From: Chrysomallon squamiferum
Lineage: Eukaryota > Animalia > Mollusca
DNA: 64,000 nt
Reading direction: 5' to 3'
NCBI GenBank assembly: GCA_012295275.1
Contig: CM022670.1
Coordinates: 15,066,001-15,130,000, forward strand
The position numbers and the translations under genes are program-made. Each line of letters begins with the position of its first letter. Positions within the stretch are counted from its first letter, which is position 1. Positions 1 to 64,000 of the stretch are shown piece by piece. The notes under the pieces are model-generated. The model had not been told where the DNA came from. It saw only the letters and a list, made by a program, of their open reading frames with translations, and did no database searches.

Positions 1-93
<93 letters not shown>
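1..93. repeat. (GA)n microsatellite
   Basis: Direct inspection. Other (GA/CT)n tracts lie at 581-688, 1757-1857, 4212-4309, 9208-9316, 12121-12372, 14580-14657, 22568-22630, 26388-26665, 30806-30902 and 40811-40874. Confidence 0.97.
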
Positions 94-96
<3 letters not shown>

Positions 97-190
97 GTCA
101 CAGAGAGAGTATGTGTGTGTGTGGTTTTCAAGTTCGATGGATAATAATGTATAATGCTCTGCTCTGATAATCTATCTATCTCCATTCCAG

Positions 191-31218
<31,028 letters not shown>

Positions 31219-31462
31219 AAACTCCACAAGCCTATTAATGTGATAAAATTAACAAGCACCTGTAGCCGCAAGTCTTTCGTCTGTTTATTTCCACCCATCA
31301 TCCTCGTTTCTTTCTTTTTATTTTTTGTTGCGTGTTTTGTTTACTAGATTTTTAAACTGACTCTATAATTTGTTTCTGATATAAATTACTAGTTAAACTT
31401 ATTAATTTTCTACTAATTTCTTCTAATGTGTTCACAAAATAACATTTTTTTTTAACTTACCT

Positions 31463-31470
31463 CTACCTCA
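31463..31470 (+). promoter_or_regulatory. let-7 8mer seed-match site (CTACCTCA) in the putative collagen 3'UTR
   Basis: Exact CTACCTCA; a second TACCTCA lies at 32325-32331. Confidence 0.5.
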
Positions 31471-31993
31471 ACTAAAAATAATTTCCGTTTCGCTTGCTGT
31501 TTTATTAGTTAATTCTAGTTTCTTGTTAGCTTCTAGACCGTTCTAGACCGTTCTAGGTTAGATTTCTTCACTTCGGGTGGCATACTGGCCACGTCACCTC
31601 GATCATGCATATTCATTAGGCAGCAGCCAATCATCGGGGTGAGTGAGCAGTCTGGCCGGCGGGGTTTTTAAACTCACACGCATGTCGTTATCATTTCATT
31701 TCTGTTTTGTTACCACTGCTACAGGGAGCGAGCTGGTTTTGTGTTGTATTTGAGGTCCCTCATGATGTTGGTTCTTCGGAGAGATGGAAAGATTGAAAAA
31801 GGACCAAATGATGAATGAATATGTAAAGTAATTAATATTTAAATGAAAAAGAAAATAACGCTGGAGATGCCAGTAGGGCAAAACATGGGCATATGAATTA
31901 TTTCAACATTATTTTTATTATTATTTTTGCAGAAAACTTATTCTAACAAATCAGATTTAAATAAATAAATAAATTAATAAATTAATTAATAAA

Positions 31994-32033
<40 letters not shown>

Positions 32034-32278
32034 TACTTTTTCATTTATTTACAGTAATTCAATTAAAAATAAATGAACAATATAGAAAAAATAATAATAA
32101 TAAAAAATATATATTTAAATAAAATAATAGAATGTTGTTTTTTTACCTAAAATGTGTTTAATGTGTTAAACACACATATTTTATTTTAAAAACGGTTTGA
32201 AACGATGTACATTGATAAACATTTGAATGTGTAAGATTAGATTTTGCTTTGAGGGGAGCTTATCCATGAGTGTTCTTT

Positions 32279-32286
32279 TGGTGCTA
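32279..32286 (+). promoter_or_regulatory. miR-29 8mer seed-match site (TGGTGCTA) in the putative collagen 3'UTR
   Basis: Exact TGGTGCTA about 1.06 kb after the stop codon. Confidence 0.5.
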
Positions 32287-33534
32287 ATCCGGACTGTGGT
32301 GTTCAAATGACATATTACACATCATACCTCAACAATCGACAGTTGGAGGAAAAACACTTTAATTCCAGGATAGTGTTTTAATAAAAAGATAAATGGCGGA
32401 AAACAAATACTAATTACCACTTCCGTTCATCAGTGTGAATTGGACTAGATTCATGTGTTTCCAGCTATCACGTATTTTCGGTGATCTAATACTGTGGATT
32501 AGCCGCATTTATTAAAACTATAAAAATTTTAAAACGTAGAAAATACACTTGAGTTAAACTGTAAGAAAATGTTTTAATAATAATAATTGTCAAAGAGAGA
32601 TGACTTTTATATTTTTATATTATGGTTGTCACCCCTATATTTTACATCCTTAAAATAAATAAATAAATAAATAAGCAAGTAAGTTATTTAAAAAAATAAA
32701 AAATAAAAAATAAAAAAGAAGGAATATAGCCAAATTGTTAGATTTAATACATGATTATGGAGACTACTGTAAATTTGTGATATGTATTGTTTTGGCCTAT
32801 TTGTGGGTATATAATTGTTAAAGAAGTAAATCATTAAAGTCTTCCCTTCTTTACAAAATGTTTTTTAATACTCAGTAGAGGTTTTGTGAGGATAAAGGTT
32901 AGTTATTATTTTAATTATTACTTAAGAAAAAATTAGTTATAATCTAAGATACCGGAAAGACCTAATATATATATATATATATTATTGAAAATAACTGATC
33001 TGATGAAAAATGAATTCCCAGTTTGTTAATTAAATGTGCTGTTCACAGTATCTCACAATATTGCTACATCTATCTTATTCCTTTCCAATGACACACTGCC
33101 AAATTCTTTCAATTTGCTAAATTATTTGGACATTGCCTTGTTTTATATTTTGTAACTTATACTTTTAATAACCATAGAATGTTAACAATATTATATCACA
33201 TCGTGTGCGTATGGTTTTGATGAATCTCTTAATATATATACACGTATATATATATATATATGTATACTTTGTATTTGGAATATACCTTTGAAAATGCATT
33301 AAACTATGTATAGATAATAATCTTACAATTGCTAGGTGCCTTGTTTCTTGTAGTTATTAATGGAGAATACTCTGCTTTTAGATTTAGACAGATACTGTCT
33401 GTGTAACTAGTGCTTTATATAGGAATCTGATAAAACTGTTTTCTAAGAGACATTTAATGACTGAATTAAAATAAAAATATTAATTAAAAAATTGTATGTT
33501 CAATCTATTGGATGATTTGAAGATCTCTTAGATA

Positions 33535-33540
33535 AATAAA
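33535..33540 (+). terminator. candidate collagen polyadenylation signal
   Basis: AATAAA followed about 20-45 nt later by a GT/T-rich tract; one of many AATAAA hexamers in AT-rich DNA. Confidence 0.25.
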
Positions 33541-33884
33541 TTGTAACACATCTGTAACATGCTTTGTATTCATTTGCTTGTGTTTTATAAAGTAATACAG
33601 AGGTCAGAAATAAAAATATTTTTGTTTAAAAAATGCAATATATGAGGATGCAATTTTAATAAAAATCATACATCAATTGACAAATATCAGTTAACATTAA
33701 ATAGAAATAATTTGCTTTAGGTATTCTGTTTGGAAATGTTAGAAGTAAGGTGTCATTACATTAACATTATATCTGAATCCAAAATAAATGTGTGGATTTC
33801 CTCAATATACCTCAGTGAAAGCCTTGTTCTTAAAATTATAATTTATTAAGTAATTTAGCTGATAAACTTTTCTTATCTTTGTAT

Positions 33885-33930
<46 letters not shown>

Positions 33931-34136
33931 TATGTGTGTTTGTCCAAAACTGAATTAAAAATTATAAAATACAAATGGATAAACAACTAGAAGTGAAGGA
34001 ACAGATGTAGTTAGATTACAAAAAAATATTCATTAACACGTGAAGTTTTGTAATATGAATTGAGTTAAAAGATAAAAAAAAAAAAAAAAAATATTTTTCA
34101 AAAACAATAGACAACATTATCAATTAGTATGCATAT

Positions 34137-34142
34137 TTTATT
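34137..34142 (-). terminator. candidate SGK polyadenylation signal
   Basis: AATAAA on the minus strand with a T-rich tract downstream; the hexamer is not unique in this region. Confidence 0.2.
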
Positions 34143-34712
34143 TCATTCATTATTAAAACATTAGCACTTTACATATTATGTCACTGCTCAGTGGCTGTGT
34201 GTTATTCAAATCACAACAAAGATAAATGCAGTCTCATAAAATAGATAAAAACAAACAGAACAGGCCTAGGGGATTAAAAATCTCTATTTTACATATCTTA
34301 CACTATTTTCACTTTGAAAAAAAAAAGAAAAAATTTTAGTTAATTTTTCTTAAATTAAAGACAATTAAAAATACAGATTTAAATCCAGACTTGAAACTGA
34401 GGGTTAATTTTATGAATTATATTTTGGTCATTTTTTCAGGATGTGTGTGTGTGTGTGTTTATACACATGTACACATACACATACAAACACATATAAAACA
34501 CAGTGAATAATAAAGTTTAATAAAAATATGATTGAATGAAACAAGAATATTTAATTTTATGAAAATATCTGAAATAATCCACTGATTTAACAAATGTAAA
34601 ATCTGTATTATTATGTAATTACAGAAGTATTGCTTTGTAATTTTAATTATAAATAATTTCTTACAATTATTGTCAGATGATTAAAAATCTTATACATATT
34701 TAATAAAAACTG

Positions 34713-34786
<74 letters not shown>

Positions 34787-35294
34787 AATAAATAAAATTA
34801 AAAATTTAACAGTTATCATCATCTTTATATTAAAAAAAAAAATAATAAAAATAATAATCACCATCATCATCATCATCATCATCATTATCATCTTCATCAA
34901 CATCAGCATTTTAATTATATTAATTAAATAAATAAATAAGTAATCTCATGAAACTATTGAGATTACCTAATTTGGAACTTTCTACAAACCTTTTTTTATT
35001 CTACACTATTTTATTGCTTTTTAAAAATATATTACTTCATACATTTTCAATTCCATACAAAATCTCATTAAACAAACCATTCTAATTAGTATATGAAAAA
35101 ATTAATATATGTATATTTTGTTTTTCAAAATTATCTTTTTAATAATGGGGAAAAAAAAAAAAAAAAAAAAAAAAATTTAAAAAAAACTGACTAGTGATTT
35201 GGATGTAGCATCATTTCTGATTGTCTTGAATGAACATTGTGCTTTATACAGTTTACTAAGTTTTATAAGTTTTTTTTTTTTTCTAATCTTCTAA

Positions 35295-35770
35295 TATGTT
35301 ATGAATATAAGCATTTTCATTGTTATTATCTAGTCAAACAATAGGTCTTCTAAATTTTCTTTATTTTTTAAACTGTAGAGTTTTGTTACAACAATCTTCT
35401 GTGTTCTGAATATAAATATTTTCATCATCATCTAGGCACAAATTAAGTCCATTGATTGTTTTTTTTTTTTAAAATAAATGGGAATATTGTTCTGAGTTTC
35501 TATTATTTTCTGAATATAAATATTTTCATTGTCACTGAGGCAAGAATTAAGTTTTCTAATTGTTTCTTTTTTAAATAATGGAATTTTGCTGTCACACTCT
35601 ATTATGTTCAGAATATAAAATTATTTACTGTCATCGTCTAGTCAAACTAAGTTTTTAAACAAATGGAATTTTGTTCCAACCTTTAATACTCTGAATATAA
35701 AAATTTTTGGTGTCATTATCTAGTAAAACAATTAAGTTTACTAACTTTTTTCTTTTTTAAATAATGGAAT
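35295..35770. repeat. degenerate about 100-bp tandem repeat, 5 copies
   Basis: GAATATAA anchors at about 35303, 35408, 35512, 35611 and 35693, each followed by similar TCTAG..., TAAGT and AATGGAAT blocks. Confidence 0.75.
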
Positions 35771-37711
35771 CATAAACATTTTCCTCAATGTTAAACAAAA
35801 TCATAGTAATAAAATGTACAACATACTGATTTAATTCAGTAAAATTAAACTGAAACAGTAACGAAAAATTTCTCTTGATAATGATATATTTATTATGTCA
35901 AATGAACTTATTTACACAGTGATAAAATTTACGGTTAAAATGTAACTTGTATACAAATGAATTCAACAATTCATTGTTCATTTATATTTGTACATTTATA
36001 GGGACTATACAATGACTTAGTATCAATTATGAACAAGATCACTTTCTCTTATATTGTTATAACTTCTGACAGTGGCAATGTTGAATTGAAGGTTTTGCCA
36101 ATATTTATCTCCCTTTTTATACAAATGGATGAATGATGTATTTATAAATGCAGACAGAGTGAAAAAATCATAGTGAAAAATTCTGACACAGGTTACATCC
36201 TTTGAAGCTCCTGCTTATGTGTAATATTACAATATAATGAATTTATAATATACACAAAAAAACACCCATACAAAAATAAATAAATAAATAAATTGAAAAT
36301 AAACAAAAACAAACAATATATAATAATAAAAAAAATATATAATACAGAATAATAATAATAAAAAAAAAAAAATATATATATATATAAAAAAAAGAAAAAA
36401 AGAAATTGAATCCATATATGTTTTTAACCATAAATGAAAAACAAAAAAGTAAAGCTGATTACAAAATAAAACTCTGGCACATTTTTAACTTTTGATATGT
36501 TCAAGTTTACAAAGTCAGTTATAACTTCTATTTCAATCCCATGATTCAACCTTTTTACCTTACAGATGGTAAAGGCACATTTAACAAGTACAAATATTAA
36601 TAACTAACAATCCACACTGATTAAGGATAAATGATACTTTGAAATTTAAAAGTAATGTTATCATTGGCCATTTCTTTAAAAATGATCTATATTTTGGCCA
36701 ATCACAAAAGGTTTAATAAACTTTACAGTTTGTATTCTGAGGAATAGTAGATATGCATGATTGTAAGGCTATTTTCCTGAGATATGTTTTGCATTTGATG
36801 TATACCAATTCTCAAATAAGAAAATACTTGCTTAAAAATATATTTGTAAACAGGATAATTTTTTTATTTATACATTGTTTTTTTTTTTGGTAAAAATACC
36901 AATATCATTATCAATATAATATTAACCTTTTAAATAATTTAAAAGGAATAATTATGTTTAATTTGTTTCTCATGTCGATACAGCTTTAGTTATTTTCCTA
37001 ATACTATTGAAATTTCATCAGTCTCTAGAATTAAAAATGGAAGATAAATAAAAATAATTTTATTGCAAATATCCAAATATAGCATAATAAATAGTTGCAC
37101 TGATTTGTTTTAATAGTCATTCATTTCATAACCATTATTAATCCAGGCACCCTTTAAATCAGATAATAAAATAACAGTACATTCCCACTGTAACTTATTT
37201 AATATAATATTAATCAATACATTAAAAAATGTGCTATTTACATAAAAAAAAATTAATATTATATGTAAAAATTTGAAAGAAAAATAATGACTAAAACAGG
37301 GGATAATATAAGAAAAAAGATATAAAAATGAATTAAATGACATTTAAATAAAACTGAAGGTGTTAAACGTCTCTGACTTTCTTCTTGTTTTCTGAACTCT
37401 TGAAAAAGTTCTCAGCACTTTATTAATTGTAAACAAAATCACTTTTAAATTTCACATATAGGAAAGTATCAGAAAGGAAAGGAAATTTTAGAATAATAAG
37501 TCAAATACCAAAAATAAAATAAATTAATAATCCCCAAAAATAAAAAAAAAAAAATTTTTTTTCTTAAATATATCCACCAAAGTTTATTCTGTTGTTTGGA
37601 AGTAAAAATCTTTAATGCATATAATTTTCACATGGAGAGATCCATGTTGTTGTTTTGTTTTTGTTTTGTGCATATATTTGATTTTCATCAGATATCTCAT
37701 ATGTACAAGGA

Positions 37712-62413
<24,702 letters not shown>

Positions 62414-63517
62414 CTGAAATAGAATGACAAGAATTTTTAGAAAAACCTAGAAGATAAAATACATGAATATTATATATATATATGTATATGTATTATTCCT
62501 CATGTAAAACCCACACACATTCATACCTGCTTGCTATACAAACAAAATGTCAAAACAGCAATGAATTTGTGAACTGTATATTCCAAACTGTTTTCTGCTA
62601 CTGAAAATCAGAAGCTGAATGATTAACTATCAGTCAATGGAAGCTGCTATGTTTAAACAGAATCAGAATCTAGAATGTTACAGTGTATAAAATCTATTTT
62701 AGGAAGATAATGTTGTATTTAAATTACACAAGAAATTAGAATATTATAGAATCTCTATTTTAGGAAGACCAAGAATTATCTTTTAGTCAGATGTCTAACC
62801 AACAAATACAAAATACACTGATTTTATGTAGCATGTTTTAAAGATAAATCAGAGTTCTGCTCTGTAAAATGTGTTATACAGATTTATGAATATCAATCTG
62901 TATTAAGCAATAATGTGTATATCAATGCTTTGCAAATCTCAGTACCAAATAAAACTTTTTAGATTAAGACTGAGGAAATCTATTTGTCTCTAAGTAATGT
63001 TTAATAACTTACTTTATACAGCATGTTTATACTGCCTCATTTTATCAACAAGTGTGAATGATAATGTATGTAGATTGAAGTGTTTTAAATTTTGTATTGA
63101 AACCAGTCCATTTTGCACAGCTCTTTGAGTGAAGAGTCTTTCTGCTGTGATTTATAAACTTTTAAAATTTCTGTATTGTTTTATTTTACTATTTTCATAC
63201 CTCTGTCTGTCACCCAATAGCTAATTTGGGTTTTTTTTTTTTGGGGGGGAGGCTGGGGTGTTGTTAAACATTCATGCATTTATAACCAGTCCAGCTCAGT
63301 TTCAAAATGACTGAAGGAATGCAACCTTTATTTTGAATTATGTAAAAGTTCTTGAATGGCCATTCACAGTGATGGTGGGGTCATGTGACTTGTATCACAA
63401 TATACTCAGTGAATGGACATGTCACAAGATACAAGTACCGAACACACACTCAGCTAATAATAATCTCAACTTGAAAGCATTTCCGATAGTACCATGTCAA
63501 GCTGATTTCCCATGAAG

Positions 63518-63549
<32 letters not shown>

Positions 63550-64000
63550 AACTACATTAAAAAGTATGTAATTTTTATTAATGAAATATGATTCAGAATA
63601 AAAACTTGATGATAACAGACAAGTCTGGGTAAGATAAACACAATGAAAGTTTCTCAAGGTATAAGAAATCATTTGGGTTAGACTGGGTTAACCCAAATAT
63701 CGGCTGATAACATCTAATGTTACAGTGTGTGTGTGTGTGGGGGGGGGAAATGAGGTTAATTTATATATTTTCAAATACAGACAACTGCTGCTTAACCATT
63801 TTTCTGGCATATCTGGGGACATTACAGAAGTGGTTTGACGATAGTAATAATATGTACAGATGAAATATTTTTCAAAAATTTATTTTGAGTAATAATGTTT
63901 ACTCATGAAATGTTTTGACAACTAACAAGTGCAAGGACATATCTATGTTGAAACTGATGAAACTTGAGCTTCAGGGTCTCTAAACCCAAGGGTGTCCCAG

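Noticed and set aside
63355-63420. Short inverted repeat ATGGCCATTCAC...GTGAATGGACAT
   Set aside because: Only 12 bp with one mismatch, and no other evidence of an RNA gene or transposon

Overview
AT-rich, microsatellite-dense animal genomic DNA, probably from a gastropod mollusc (inferred from composition and SINE-like remnants). It holds two convergent, intron-rich genes, each missing its 5' end. (1) Plus strand, 191-31218: 32 exons (about 673 aa in the window) of an interrupted-triple-helix collagen with FACIT/collagen IX hallmarks. These are an NC2-like helix GKSISEQEMRDLCTMILRDQLEDIIAGLR, a GPPGYC junction, an NVKGP C-terminus and a 72/36/../33/147/55/../78-nt exon series. (2) Minus strand, 62413-37712: 12 exons (about 437 aa) of a PX-domain AGC kinase of the SGK3 type. 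The most interesting signals are candidate hybrid exons that could split the collagen. An in-frame signal-peptide leader sits directly in front of internal exon 21 (18086). Read-through of exon 15 gives an amphipathic C-terminus with its own stop (7871). Also seen: candidate microexons, let-7 and miR-29 8mer sites downstream of the collagen stop, a candidate PX-skipping SGK exon with a TAATG stop/start overlap, and a sharp CpG-rich to CpG-poor transition between the genes. All exon calls were made by eye from GT-AG signals and reading frame; no expression data or database searches were available.
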